DNA of 64,000 bases from Leptospira sp. (GTDB taxonomy: Bacteria; Spirochaetota; Leptospiria; Leptospirales; Leptospiraceae), in assembly GCA_034439575.1 (NCBI GenBank), contig JAWXAQ010000016.1:192001-256000 (forward strand), read 5' to 3'. Of the stretch, positions 18,901-28,141 are shown piece by piece (within the stretch, counting starts at the first letter, position 1; every line of letters begins with the position of its first letter). Under the pieces are notes generated by a model, which made no database searches, was not told the DNA's origin, and saw nothing but the letters and a program-made list of their open reading frames with translations. Made by a program: the position numbers and the translations under genes.

Positions 18901-20577
18901 ATGGCGCAAGGCGCAAAACCGGGTGAAGGTGGGCAATTACCTGGACACAAGGTAGATAAATACATTGGTAGTTTGAGATATTCTACACCAGGTGTGACAT
19001 TAATTTCACCACCTCCTCACCATGATATTTATTCCATTGAAGATTTAAAACAATTGATCTTTGATTTAAAAAACTCAAATCCAAGAGCCCGTGTCTCCGT
19101 AAAACTCGTGTCAGAGTCAGGCGTTGGGACAGTGGCTGCGGGAGTTGCCAAAGCTCATGCGGATCATATTTTGATCGCAGGCCATGAAGGTGGAACAGGT
19201 GCGAGCCCTATTTCATCGATTCACCATGCAGGAACACCTTGGGAATTGGGTCTTTCTGAAACCCACCAAACTCTTGTTGCCAATGGACTTCGAGATAGAG
19301 TTTATCTGGCTGTAGATGGTAAACTTCTCACAGGAAAAGATGTGGTAGTCGGTGCGCTTCTCGGTGCTGAAGAATTTGGTTTTTCTACCTCTGCTTTAGT
19401 GACTGTGGGTTGTATTATGATGAGAAAATGTCATTTGAATACCTGTCCTGTCGGTGTAGCAACACAAGATGAATTTTTAAGAAGTAAGTTCACCGGCAAA
19501 CCAGAGTATGTTGTTAATTTTATGACCTTCGTCGCTGAAGAAGTTCGTGAAATCATGGCAAAACTTGGGTTTAGAACGTTTGAAGAAATGATTGGTCAAA
19601 TTCAGAAAATCAAATTCAAAAGACCACACCATCATTGGAAAGCACGAGGTTTGGACTTTACAAAGGTTTTACATAGACCCGTTCCAGTTTTTCCTACAGG
19701 ATTATACCGTATGAAAGAACAGAACCATCACCTAGATGAACAGATTGATAATGAATTAATTAGAAAATCAAGAGCCGCTATTGATCATAAACAACCTCTT
19801 GAAATCAGTTCGCCCATCGTAAATTTAAATCGTTCTGTCGGAACTATGTTATCTCATGAGGTAACAAAAAAATACGGAATAGATGGTCTAGCGGAAGACA
19901 CGATCAAAATAAATTTCGAAGGGACCGCAGGACAATCGTTTGGTGCTTTCACTACAAAAGGTATGACCTTCAAATTGATTGGTGAAGGAAATGACTATGT
20001 CGGTAAGGGATTATGCGGGGGAAAATTAATTTTCCAAACACCAAAAACGGCACCTTACAAAGCAGAAGAAAACATCATTATCGGTAACACTTGTTTTATT
20101 GGCGCCACAAATGGAGAAGCCTATGTGAATGGTCTCGCTGGTGAAAGATTTTGTGTTAGAAATTCTGGGGCAACGGTTGTTGTTGAAGGAACCGGTGATC
20201 ACGGCTGTGAATATATGACTGGCGGGCGAGTTGTAGTGTTAGGTGACATCGGAAGGAATTTTGCCGCAGGTATGTCTGGCGGGATTGCATACATTTGGGA
20301 TCCTAAAAAACAATCCGAAGCTCTAATCAACAAAGAAATGGTAGAATTAGAAACACTTACAGATACAAATGAAATATCGGAAGTGAAGTCCTGGATTCAA
20401 AATTTGAAGGATCATACGGGTTCAAACCGTGCGACCGAAATATTGAATCATTGGGATAAAGAAATTTCAAATTTTATTAAAGTTATACCAACCGATTACA
20501 AAAAAGCTCTCCAAAAACTTAAAGAAGAGCCAGGCTCGACTAACAACAAAAAAGAAGGGGTAACTGCTCGTGGGTAA
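16000..20577 (+). CDS. gltB: Glutamate synthase large subunit
   Basis: Ntn Cys after propeptide (DSCGVGF); [33 protein letters not shown]; [3Fe-4S] motif [16 protein letters not shown] 16000 follows AGGA. Confidence 0.97.
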   Translation: MHTERHPLYLPPLGPQAQGMYDPADDKDSCGVGFIANYKGKRSRDIIDKGIKLMCNLEHRGAEGADPKTGDGAGIMINIPDAFFRKVLPFTLPKEGDYAVGVLFLPQNKDTREAIENVIEKIIVDEGEAFLGFRDVPINKEYAGVVASKTMPVFKQVFIGKKSKKIKTSDEFERKLFLIRRLIDRRIRSEYKLDRSQYYVPSFSSRTIVYKGMLLGDQVKKFYEDLKSPDLTSAFCLTHTRFSTNTFPTWDLAHPYRQIAHNGEINTLRGNMNWMAARQMVMESPLYGDELKRMLPIVMEGQSDTATFDTVLELLVMGGRSLAHAVMMMIPEAWSKNKTMDPDRRAFYEYHATIMEPWDGPAAIAFTDGRIIGATLDRNGLRPARFIITKDDEVILSSEAGVLNLPPEQILKQDRLRPGRMLLIDMEKGQILDDEEIKKQISTQKPYRKWVEEKMIRIGSLPDPDFVKQPQHETILERQRAFGYTHEDVFTIVKPMGVNGEEPIGSMGVDSALAVLSEKPQPLFRYFKQNFAQVTNPPIDPIREELVMELTTYIGPEGNLLDEQAEHAHRLELEHPILTNEEFEKIKQISEGHFKSKTFEILFNPLKKHDMRNSLDRVCKEAAKAIRDDGVSFIILTDHGVSAERAAIPSLLAVSGLHHFLIREGLRTRAGIVLESGEPREVAHFALLCGYGANAINPYLAFETLADLTQQGLIPEVKEYKQAKKNYIKSIGKGLFKVFSKMGISTLQSYCGAQIFEAVGLDSELVNHYFAGTQSKIEGLSLEMLEEETVRRHKNAYDPTFFPNNLEPGGVHYFRKNGDTHLYTPTTVHKLQRATQTGDYKIFKEFTSLIDDQHEKAITLRSLFNLDFDGSKEIPLDEVESVKSILKRFQTGAMSHGSISWEAHTTLAIAMNRMGAKSNTGEGGEDPIRFKTLPNGDSMRSAIKQVASARFGVTMEYLTNADDLQIKMAQGAKPGEGGQLPGHKVDKYIGSLRYSTPGVTLISPPPHHDIYSIEDLKQLIFDLKNSNPRARVSVKLVSESGVGTVAAGVAKAHADHILIAGHEGGTGASPISSIHHAGTPWELGLSETHQTLVANGLRDRVYLAVDGKLLTGKDVVVGALLGAEEFGFSTSALVTVGCIMMRKCHLNTCPVGVATQDEFLRSKFTGKPEYVVNFMTFVAEEVREIMAKLGFRTFEEMIGQIQKIKFKRPHHHWKARGLDFTKVLHRPVPVFPTGLYRMKEQNHHLDEQIDNELIRKSRAAIDHKQPLEISSPIVNLNRSVGTMLSHEVTKKYGIDGLAEDTIKINFEGTAGQSFGAFTTKGMTFKLIGEGNDYVGKGLCGGKLIFQTPKTAPYKAEENIIIGNTCFIGATNGEAYVNGLAGERFCVRNSGATVVVEGTGDHGCEYMTGGRVVVLGDIGRNFAAGMSGGIAYIWDPKKQSEALINKEMVELETLTDTNEISEVKSWIQNLKDHTGSNRATEILNHWDKEISNFIKVIPTDYKKALQKLKEEPGSTNNKKEGVTARG

Positions 20578-22012
20578 ACCAACTGGATTTTTAGAATTTA
20601 AAAAAGAATACCTTCAAAAAATCGCACCTAGCGAACGTTTAAAGAACTATAAGGAATTCGAAAAACCATTTCCAGAAGAGACCGCCAAACAACAAGGTGC
20701 TCGTTGTATGGATTGTGGTATTCCTTTTTGCCATGGTGAAACTGGATGTCCTGTTGATAATTTAATCCCAGAGTTTAATGAATTCGTATATAAAGGCAGA
20801 TGGAAAGAAGCTTGGGAAAACCTCTCAAAAACAAATAACTTTCCTGAATTTACAGGGAGGCTCTGCCCTGCTCCTTGTGAATCTGCTTGTACTCTCGGAA
20901 TCATTGAACCACCTGTATCAATTAAGTCCATTGAACGGACAATAGTTGATCGAGCTTGGGAAGAAGGCTGGGTCATTCCACAACCAGCAAGCCACAAAAC
21001 CGATAAAAAAATTGCGGTTGTAGGCTCTGGACCTGCTGGTCTTGCCGCAAGTCAGCAGTTAGCTCGTGCTGGACACAATGTAACACTCTTTGAAAAAAAT
21101 GATCGAATTGGTGGATTACTTCGTTATGGAATTCCAGATTTCAAAATGGAAAAGTGGCATATCGATAAACGTGTCAAACAAATGGAAGCCGAAGGTGTCG
21201 TTTTTAAAACAAATATAAATGTGGGCAAAGACATTACCACCAAACAACTACAATCCGAGTTTGATGCCATTGTTCTTGCCTGCGGGTCAGAAGTGCCACG
21301 TGATTTACCACTACCTGGTCGTGAATTGAAAGGAATTTATTTTGCTATGGAATTCTTATCAAAGAATAACAAGAGTGTTGCGGGTGATCAGATAGAAATC
21401 TTAAATGCAAAAGATAAAAATGTGATCGTAATCGGTGGTGGCGATACTGGGTCAGATTGTGTCGGAACGTCCAATCGTCATGGTGCAAAATCAGTAACCC
21501 AAATCGAACTTTTCCCGGAACCACCAAAAGAAAGAGATGCATCTACGCCATGGCCATTGTATCCAAAAATGTTCAGAACGTCCACCTCACACGAAGAAGG
21601 TGTTACTCGTAAATGGGCAATATCCACTCTCGGATTCAAAGGAAATGACAAAGGCGAGTTGACATCAATTTATGGACAAGAAGTCAAAGAAGAGAATGGA
21701 AAATTCATACCGATTCCAGGATCCGAATTTGAATGGCCAGCTGATTTAGTTTTACTCGCTATGGGATTTGTAAATCCTGTGACTGAAGGTTTACTACAAG
21801 ATTTGCAAAAAGAAGGATTGCAGTTAGATAACAGAGGTAATGTGAAAGCAAATTTCGGCACTAAGCCTGGTAGTTTTGCTACTACTTTACCAAAGGTATA
21901 TGCATGTGGAGATGTAAGAAGAGGTCAGTCACTTATTGTTTGGGCAATTTCTGAAGGTAGAAAATGTGCAGAACAAGTTCACCAGTTTTTAACACAAGAA
22001 ACAGAAGTATAA
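20570..22012 (+). CDS. gltD: Glutamate synthase small subunit
   Basis: [32 protein letters not shown] and [11 protein letters not shown] motifs. Confidence 0.97.
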   Translation: MGKPTGFLEFKKEYLQKIAPSERLKNYKEFEKPFPEETAKQQGARCMDCGIPFCHGETGCPVDNLIPEFNEFVYKGRWKEAWENLSKTNNFPEFTGRLCPAPCESACTLGIIEPPVSIKSIERTIVDRAWEEGWVIPQPASHKTDKKIAVVGSGPAGLAASQQLARAGHNVTLFEKNDRIGGLLRYGIPDFKMEKWHIDKRVKQMEAEGVVFKTNINVGKDITTKQLQSEFDAIVLACGSEVPRDLPLPGRELKGIYFAMEFLSKNNKSVAGDQIEILNAKDKNVIVIGGGDTGSDCVGTSNRHGAKSVTQIELFPEPPKERDASTPWPLYPKMFRTSTSHEEGVTRKWAISTLGFKGNDKGELTSIYGQEVKEENGKFIPIPGSEFEWPADLVLLAMGFVNPVTEGLLQDLQKEGLQLDNRGNVKANFGTKPGSFATTLPKVYACGDVRRGQSLIVWAISEGRKCAEQVHQFLTQETEV

Positions 22013-22021
22013 ACTAAATCT

Positions 22022-22207
22022 TTAGCGTGGTGTGCATTTACTGCACACTGCGTCATAACATGGAAGTGTCATATTTGCCTTAATTTCTAAGTTCTTTGTT
22101 GGTTTAAAAAACTTCTTGCAATGATACCAAATCAACGAGAGAATTGGAAATAGTAGCTTGAAAGTCGCAAAGCCAACGATGGCTATCGTTAGGTAATATT
22201 GAACCAT
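22022..22207 (-). CDS. Small membrane protein with C-terminal C-x4-C-x2-C
   Basis: One TM segment, basic linker, CYDAVCSKC; fills the gap between gltD and the next gene. Confidence 0.4.
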   Translation of the reverse strand: MVQYYLTIAIVGFATFKLLFPILSLIWYHCKKFFKPTKNLEIKANMTLPCYDAVCSKCTPR

Positions 22208-22219
22208 AAGAGAATACCT

Positions 22220-23230
22220 TTGAAATCATTAAACAAACATCATTTATTCTTCGCAATTCCTTTCTTTTTCATATTTGCTTCGGGGCTATTTTCAGAAAAT
22301 ATCCTTCTCAAACGTGGTGGCACGATTAAGGGAAAAATTTTAGAACAGGATCAAAATAAAATCCGAATTCAGAAAGAAGATGGATCCATTGCCGTTGTAT
22401 CCAAGGGTGATATTTTAAAAGTCGTATATAAAGAACATATAACTGCTGCAGAAGAAGACAAACTTAGAAAAGCCGAAGAAGAAAAAGCTTTGGCCGCTGC
22501 CGAAAAAGAACGTCTCCGCAAAGAAAAAGAAGAAGCAGAGCGTTTAAAAAAAGAACTCGCCGAAAAAGAAAAAGCGGACAAAGCGAACGCTGACAACAAA
22601 GCAAAAACAGATGCCGATCGTAAAAAAAAGGCAGAAGAAGATGAGCGCCTAGCAATGGAAAGTCGCAAGAACCTAACTCGTGGTGGTGCCACTTGGCGTT
22701 CTGCAGTTCTTCCAGGCTGGGGACAGTACAAACAAGGCCGTAAAGTCCAAGCCTTCCTCTACCCTTCTCTGATTGCAGTTGGTCTTTTCTTTACTTATAA
22801 TGAAAATCGTTATTATTTAAATGCGAAACGGGACTATAACAATTTGGACAATCCTTATACTCAAACTGGCTACTTACGAGCCGCTTTAGGTGCAGGACCG
22901 ACGGTTTCCACAACACCAGTGGACCCGGCCTCAGCTTATATTGCCAACGAAGCATCCCCTTTCAAAGGACAGAGAGAATCTGTAGAAAAACACTACCGCC
23001 AAATGCAGTACATAGGTGGTGCGACAGCTGCCTTATATTTATGGAATGTCTTAGATGCGTTTCTATTTCATCCTAAAAATAATTTAGCAGATGGAAGTGA
23101 GGCAGAGGAACCTAAGGATAGATTTTTTATGAGAACTGCTATGGATAATTTAGATGCCGTGCCTTATTCTTCTATGTTTGAACGACGCTACGAAACAAAA
23201 ACAAATCTCGGTTACGATTTCGTATTTTAA
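22220..23230 (+). CDS. Leptospira exported protein: small N-terminal beta domain, K/E/A coiled coil, DUF5683-like region
   Basis: Signal peptide; ENILLKRGGTIKGKI; KEA-rich linker; RSAVLPGWGQ; terminal Phe. TTG start at 22220 or 22199. Confidence 0.7.
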   Translation: MKSLNKHHLFFAIPFFFIFASGLFSENILLKRGGTIKGKILEQDQNKIRIQKEDGSIAVVSKGDILKVVYKEHITAAEEDKLRKAEEEKALAAAEKERLRKEKEEAERLKKELAEKEKADKANADNKAKTDADRKKKAEEDERLAMESRKNLTRGGATWRSAVLPGWGQYKQGRKVQAFLYPSLIAVGLFFTYNENRYYLNAKRDYNNLDNPYTQTGYLRAALGAGPTVSTTPVDPASAYIANEASPFKGQRESVEKHYRQMQYIGGATAALYLWNVLDAFLFHPKNNLADGSEAEEPKDRFFMRTAMDNLDAVPYSSMFERRYETKTNLGYDFVF

Positions 23231-23506
23231 TTTACTAATGACGTTTCGTAGGTGTCCCACTAAGGCCCGTTAGCGAATTCTCACCTAACGCAAACTTTTT
23301 TAAAATCAAGATTAGTCCGCAAATTTGGATCAATTTCTATAATGATTCTACTTCTCATTTAACACACAATGATGACAATTATCAATCAATTGGAATCAAT
23401 CCAAGATAATGTATTTGTATAATCTTCTCGTCCATTTACATATACGGTAATATTGTGAAAGGGAACCACTCTTCTCCTTCACATAGCTAAGTAAAGGAGT
23501 GAGACA

Positions 23507-24937
23507 TTGGCTACAGAAAAACCTCAATATGACGATTTTATCGTAAAAGGGTTTATCATTTCAGCTTTGATTTGGGGTGTTGCATCGATGTTATTCGGTG
23601 TCATCATAGCATTTCAATTGGTATATCCACAGCTGAATTTGGAACTTCCTTGGACGAGTTTCGGACGACTTCGACCCCTACATACAAATGCCGCGATTTT
23701 CGGCTTTGCACTAAGTGTCATTTTTGCAACAGCCTATCATACGATACAAAGACTCTGTCGCATTCGTATGTGGAATGATAAATTGTCAATCATACACTTA
23801 GTATTGTACAATTTATCCATAGTGCTTGCGGCAATCACTCTACCTTTGGGCTTAACACAATCAAAAGAGTATGCTGAACTTGAATGGCCTATTGATCTAC
23901 TAATCGTTGTTTGGTATGTGATATTTCTTGTAAACTATATGGCGACAATCTTCAAACGAAAAGAAGAACAAATGTATGTTGCCATTTGGTTTTACCTTGC
24001 ATCCTTTATCACAGTACCACTTCTATTTATAGTGAATAACATTGTAATACCAGCAAGCCTTACAAAGTCCTACTCCGTTTACTCTGGATTATTCGATGCG
24101 AATATCCAATGGTGGTACGGGCATAATGCGGTAGCTTTTGTATTAACGACACCATTCCTCGGTTTGATGTATTATTATTTGCCAAAACACATCAAACAAC
24201 CCATTTACTCACATAGACTTTCGATCATTCACTTTTGGTCTTTGATCTTCATATATATATGGGCTGGGCCTCACCATTTGTTGTATTCTCCACTTCCAGA
24301 TTGGTTACAAACGACTGGTATGGTTTTTTCCATCATGTTGTGGATGCCATCATGGGGCGGGATGTTAAACGGCTTTTTAACTTTAACGCAGGCTAAAGAT
24401 AAAATAAAAGTGGATGCGACACTCAAAATGATGTTAGCGGCTGTTACATTTTATGGAATGTCAACGTTTGAAGGTCCCCTACTTTCCATTAGAGCGGTTT
24501 CAGCTCTTGGACACAATACAGATTGGATTATTGGTCACGTTCACTCAGGAACCCTAGGTTGGGTTGGCTTTATGTCAGCAGCGGCTCTTTATTATTTAGT
24601 TCCTAGAATTTGGAATGCGAATCTCTACAGTGAAAAACTAGCAAATCTACATTTCTGGTTAGGAACCTTAGGAATTCTCCTCTACATTATATCAATGTGG
24701 GTATCGGGAATTACAGAAGGATCTATGTGGAGAGCTGTCGGTGATAATGGAGAATTGGTTTATAAAGATTGGATAGAAATTGTAGAATTTTTAAAACCAT
24801 TTCGACTTTTCCGAGCCATTGGCGGAACCCTTTATTTAACAGGTATTTTACTAATGGTATATAACTTTATAAAGACGATCCAAACCAAAGATAGTGGATT
24901 CGTTGAACAAGACCTCAGAATAGGAGTAAGATCATGA
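23507..24937 (+). CDS. ccoN: cbb3-type cytochrome c oxidase subunit I
   Basis: FGRLRPLHTN, QWWYGHNAV, WAGPHHL and IGHVHSG heme/Cu ligand motifs; RBS AAGGAG before TTG. Confidence 0.97.
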   Translation: MATEKPQYDDFIVKGFIISALIWGVASMLFGVIIAFQLVYPQLNLELPWTSFGRLRPLHTNAAIFGFALSVIFATAYHTIQRLCRIRMWNDKLSIIHLVLYNLSIVLAAITLPLGLTQSKEYAELEWPIDLLIVVWYVIFLVNYMATIFKRKEEQMYVAIWFYLASFITVPLLFIVNNIVIPASLTKSYSVYSGLFDANIQWWYGHNAVAFVLTTPFLGLMYYYLPKHIKQPIYSHRLSIIHFWSLIFIYIWAGPHHLLYSPLPDWLQTTGMVFSIMLWMPSWGGMLNGFLTLTQAKDKIKVDATLKMMLAAVTFYGMSTFEGPLLSIRAVSALGHNTDWIIGHVHSGTLGWVGFMSAAALYYLVPRIWNANLYSEKLANLHFWLGTLGILLYIISMWVSGITEGSMWRAVGDNGELVYKDWIEIVEFLKPFRLFRAIGGTLYLTGILLMVYNFIKTIQTKDSGFVEQDLRIGVRS

Positions 24938-25632
24938 TGTTAGGTTTTAATAAACTTTTAGAATGGTTTTCCAATATTGCTGATCATTGGGATACAAAAA
25001 GTATCAAGTTTACTGTATATGCAACCATCGCAGTGTTGATTGGTGGCCTATTCGAACTTGTGCCACCGTTTTTTCTGACAAAAACAGTCACACCTATTTC
25101 TACAGTTAAACCTTATTCTGCTCTAGAACTCGCTGGTAGAGACGTTTATCAAAAAGAAGGTTGTGTGAGTTGCCATACCCAAATGGTTCGTCCGTTTAAA
25201 TGGGAAGTCGATCGTTTTGATCCTACGAAAAAATTAGGAAGAAATGGTTACTCTAAAGGCGGAGAATACGTTTATGATCATCCTTTCCTTTGGGGTTCAA
25301 AACGAACTGGTCCTGATTTAGCACACGAGGCTTTGATGTTACGGTCTGATGAGTGGCATAAAAATCACCTTCTCAATCCCAGAACACTTGGTGGTGTTCC
25401 AAACTCAATTATGCCGGCCTATCCTTGGTTATTCGAAAAAGACCATATGATAAATGCAGATCAAATTCTTTCTAATATGAAAGCGCTCTCTAAAGTAGGA
25501 GTGCCTTACACCGAAGAAGATTTTGCAAAGGCGGCTGAACTTGTGAAAGGAAAAACGGAAGGAGATGCTTTGGTTGCCTACTTGCAAAAGTTAGGTCGTG
25601 ATTCAGCTGAATTACAAAGCACAATTAAGTAG
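24934..25632 (+). CDS. ccoO: cbb3-type cytochrome c oxidase subunit II
   Basis: GRDVYQKEGCVSCHTQMVRP, WGSKRTGPDL and SIMPAYPWL motifs. Confidence 0.96.
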   Translation: MMLGFNKLLEWFSNIADHWDTKSIKFTVYATIAVLIGGLFELVPPFFLTKTVTPISTVKPYSALELAGRDVYQKEGCVSCHTQMVRPFKWEVDRFDPTKKLGRNGYSKGGEYVYDHPFLWGSKRTGPDLAHEALMLRSDEWHKNHLLNPRTLGGVPNSIMPAYPWLFEKDHMINADQILSNMKALSKVGVPYTEEDFAKAAELVKGKTEGDALVAYLQKLGRDSAELQSTIK

Positions 25633-25640
25633 ATACTTTT

Positions 25641-25790
25641 ATGAATGATTCAGATATACTTCTTATTTATAAAAGCCTTCGATTGCCATTTCTTGTAATC
25701 GCAATCGGATACATTACCTACTACGTTTATAAAAAACGAACAAAAGAAGAAATCGAGCGTCCTGCGCACAGAATGCTCGAGGAGGATTAA
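25641..25790 (+). CDS. ccoQ: cbb3-type cytochrome c oxidase subunit CcoQ (49 aa, not in ORF track)
   Basis: My translation: MNDSDILLIYKSLRLPFLVIAIGYITYYVYKKRTKEEIERPAHRMLEED; single TM, located between ccoO and ccoP. Confidence 0.85.
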   Translation: MNDSDILLIYKSLRLPFLVIAIGYITYYVYKKRTKEEIERPAHRMLEED

Positions 25791-25793
25791 TCT

Positions 25794-26321
25794 ATGAAAG
25801 AACCGAAAGAAGTAGATGGGATATTCCAAGCGGACAATCCTATGCCCACATGGTGGCAGTTAGTTTGGCTAATTAGTATCATTATATCAATTGGCTATGT
25901 TGTGTATTTTCACTGGTTTTCAGATTGGCCACAAGATGTTGCTTATGAAAAGGAAGTGGCTGAACATGAAGCTAAATTCCCATCTAAACCTCAGTTAGTT
26001 GCCACAACGGATGGATCAAATCCATATCGCGGAGATGCTGTCGCCATCAAAGAAGGCGAAGCTACTTATAAACAAATATGTGCTGCATGTCACGGACCAA
26101 ATGCAGAAGGAGCTGTGGGCCCAAGTCTTGTTGATAAAGATTGGATACATGGTAATTCAGATAAAGAAGTCTTTGAAAATGTTATGACAGGAATAGGACC
26201 AGAAAGACAAAAACTGAATCGAGGTGGCATGCCTGCTTGGAACGGTTTAGGTGCTGAAAAAGTCTATTCTGTGTTAGCTTGGCTTGCTACAAAGAATGAT
26301 ACCTTGGTGAAAGCAAAATAG
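25794..26321 (+). CDS. ccoP: cbb3-type cytochrome c oxidase subunit III (short, mono-heme)
   Basis: DGI...DNPMPTWW N-terminus; one CAACH; GPSL..WIHG; GMPAW. Confidence 0.9.
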   Translation: MKEPKEVDGIFQADNPMPTWWQLVWLISIIISIGYVVYFHWFSDWPQDVAYEKEVAEHEAKFPSKPQLVATTDGSNPYRGDAVAIKEGEATYKQICAACHGPNAEGAVGPSLVDKDWIHGNSDKEVFENVMTGIGPERQKLNRGGMPAWNGLGAEKVYSVLAWLATKNDTLVKAK

Positions 26322-26322
26322 T

Positions 26323-27639
26323 ATGATTATTTCAAGACCACAAGCAGGTAAAATCAGGACAAGACGAAATTGGGTGATGAGTTTTCTAGTCTTTCTTTTC
26401 GTCTCTGCCCCTTGGGTAGTGTTACCTTCAGGAACTCCGCTCATTCGATTGGATATACCTCATCGAATGTTTCACTTGTTTGGCGGTCTTTTTATACCAC
26501 AGGAGGGCCTTATCCTGTGGTTTTTTCTATTAACTATGGGTTTATCTTTATTCTTTTTTACATCCGTTATAGGTCGTGTTTGGTGCGGATGGGGTTGTCC
26601 ACAGACAATTTACACTGATTTTTTTGACCGTATTGGAAGAATGATTTTGGATTCGAAATATGGAAAAAAAGATGCACCATTATTTAAAAAGTATTTGGTT
26701 TATTCTATTTGGCTATTGACCTCATTTATAGCCTCTTTCCATTGGGTTGCTTATTTTGTAAGTCCTTATGAAATGGCAAATAGTTTTATAAATGGAAATT
26801 ATTTCACCCAAACAGAATTTTATTTCATATTATTTTTCACCTTTGCCATGTTTGTTGACATTGGATTTATTAGGGAACAATTTTGCAAATATGCATGCCC
26901 TTATGCCAGATTCCAAACTTTACTTATGGATGAACATTCTTGGAACGTAACCTATGATTTTAAAAGAGGCGAACCAAGAAGAGATAAAAAATCACAGGAA
27001 GGTGATTGTATATCTTGTAATATGTGTGTGGCTGTCTGCCCTACTGGCATTGATATAAGAGAAGGATTACAAGTTGGATGCGTTGCCTGTGGGAAATGTG
27101 TTGATGCATGTACTTCTATTATGGCGAAGGAAAATAAAAAAACTTTGATTGGATACTTTTCTTTAGCCCAAATTGAAACTAAAGAAAAAATTAAATGGGT
27201 TCGTCCACGAACTATTGTATATGCCATATTACTTATGTTAGTTTTATTTGGCTCAACTTACAAACTCATCACTCGAGTGCCAATGTCTCTCATCGCCGCT
27301 GGAAACAAATCAATGCCGCCAACCATTTTACCAGAAAATAAAATACGCGCTTTTGTTGCTCTACGCATCCAGAATATAGCACCGAGAGAAGAAGAATTTG
27401 TATTAGAAGCCTTTGATACACGTCATAATAAAACGATTTTAATTCGATCTGGTGAAGGAGAAAAATTGAAATTGGCTTCTGGCGAAATCAAAAGTTTCTC
27501 TGTCGTTTTAGAAACTCAATCTCTTACGCCCGAAGAATTGAGAGAAAAATACATACCAGGCATGATTCGCTTAAAAAATGCAAACAATCCTAATTTGAAA
27601 ATTGAAAAAGTCTTATCGATTACCATACCAGGAGTATAG
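26323..27639 (+). CDS. ccoG: Cytochrome c oxidase accessory protein CcoG (FixG)
   Basis: GRVWCGWGCPQT, CKYACPYARFQ and two 4Fe-4S motifs (CISCNMCVAVCP, CVACGKCVDAC). Confidence 0.95.
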   Translation: MIISRPQAGKIRTRRNWVMSFLVFLFVSAPWVVLPSGTPLIRLDIPHRMFHLFGGLFIPQEGLILWFFLLTMGLSLFFFTSVIGRVWCGWGCPQTIYTDFFDRIGRMILDSKYGKKDAPLFKKYLVYSIWLLTSFIASFHWVAYFVSPYEMANSFINGNYFTQTEFYFILFFTFAMFVDIGFIREQFCKYACPYARFQTLLMDEHSWNVTYDFKRGEPRRDKKSQEGDCISCNMCVAVCPTGIDIREGLQVGCVACGKCVDACTSIMAKENKKTLIGYFSLAQIETKEKIKWVRPRTIVYAILLMLVLFGSTYKLITRVPMSLIAAGNKSMPPTILPENKIRAFVALRIQNIAPREEEFVLEAFDTRHNKTILIRSGEGEKLKLASGEIKSFSVVLETQSLTPEELREKYIPGMIRLKNANNPNLKIEKVLSITIPGV

Positions 27640-27643
27640 TTAT

Positions 27644-28138
27644 ATGTTTACTCAATTACACCCTTCGCTCCGAAATGCAATGTATTTAGTTTTGTTAAGC
27701 TTTGTTGGCCTAATTGCGGCAACATTTTATACTATTCGCCTAACGTACAAACACTTTGAACCTGTGATGGACAAAGATTATTATGAAATAGGTTTGAACT
27801 ACGAAAATTCAATCAAAGACCAGAAAGAATTGATGAACCAAGGATTTCAATTAGATTTAAAAATCGGAAACGGGGATATTATATTAACTAAAGGTATAAT
27901 GCCCGTTGTCGTTTCTGTCAAACAAAACCAAAATCTTAGCAATGCAGATTCAATTAAATTAATTCTCGAACGTTCAGCGACTACCAAACAAACATATAAT
28001 TATGAATTAAAAAAATCATCAGATGGTATTTACAAAACAAACATAGAAATAAAAGACATTGGGAGTTGGAATACCAGAGTGATTGCAATTATTGGTGGAA
28101 AAACTTTCGAGAAGCAAGGTATCATTTCTATTCGATAA
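27644..28138 (+). CDS. ccoH: FixH/CcoH family protein
   Basis: TM followed by DYYEIGLNY; between ccoG and ccoI. ATG at 27644. Confidence 0.8.
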   Translation: MFTQLHPSLRNAMYLVLLSFVGLIAATFYTIRLTYKHFEPVMDKDYYEIGLNYENSIKDQKELMNQGFQLDLKIGNGDIILTKGIMPVVVSVKQNQNLSNADSIKLILERSATTKQTYNYELKKSSDGIYKTNIEIKDIGSWNTRVIAIIGGKTFEKQGIISIR

Positions 28139-28141
28139 AAT

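Noticed and set aside
22369-22731. Antisense ORFs and repetitive sequence over the K/E/A-rich region
   Set aside because: Shadow of a low-complexity coiled-coil coding segment on the plus strand.
23268-23301. Hairpin CGTTAG...CTAACG followed by a T-run as a terminator
   Set aside because: Short stem, large loop and T-run offset from the stem; too weak to call.
26791-26810. Partial matches to the par palindrome (also near 32880, 37860, 62020)
   Set aside because: Half-sites or at least 4 mismatches, mostly inside coding DNA; expected by chance.
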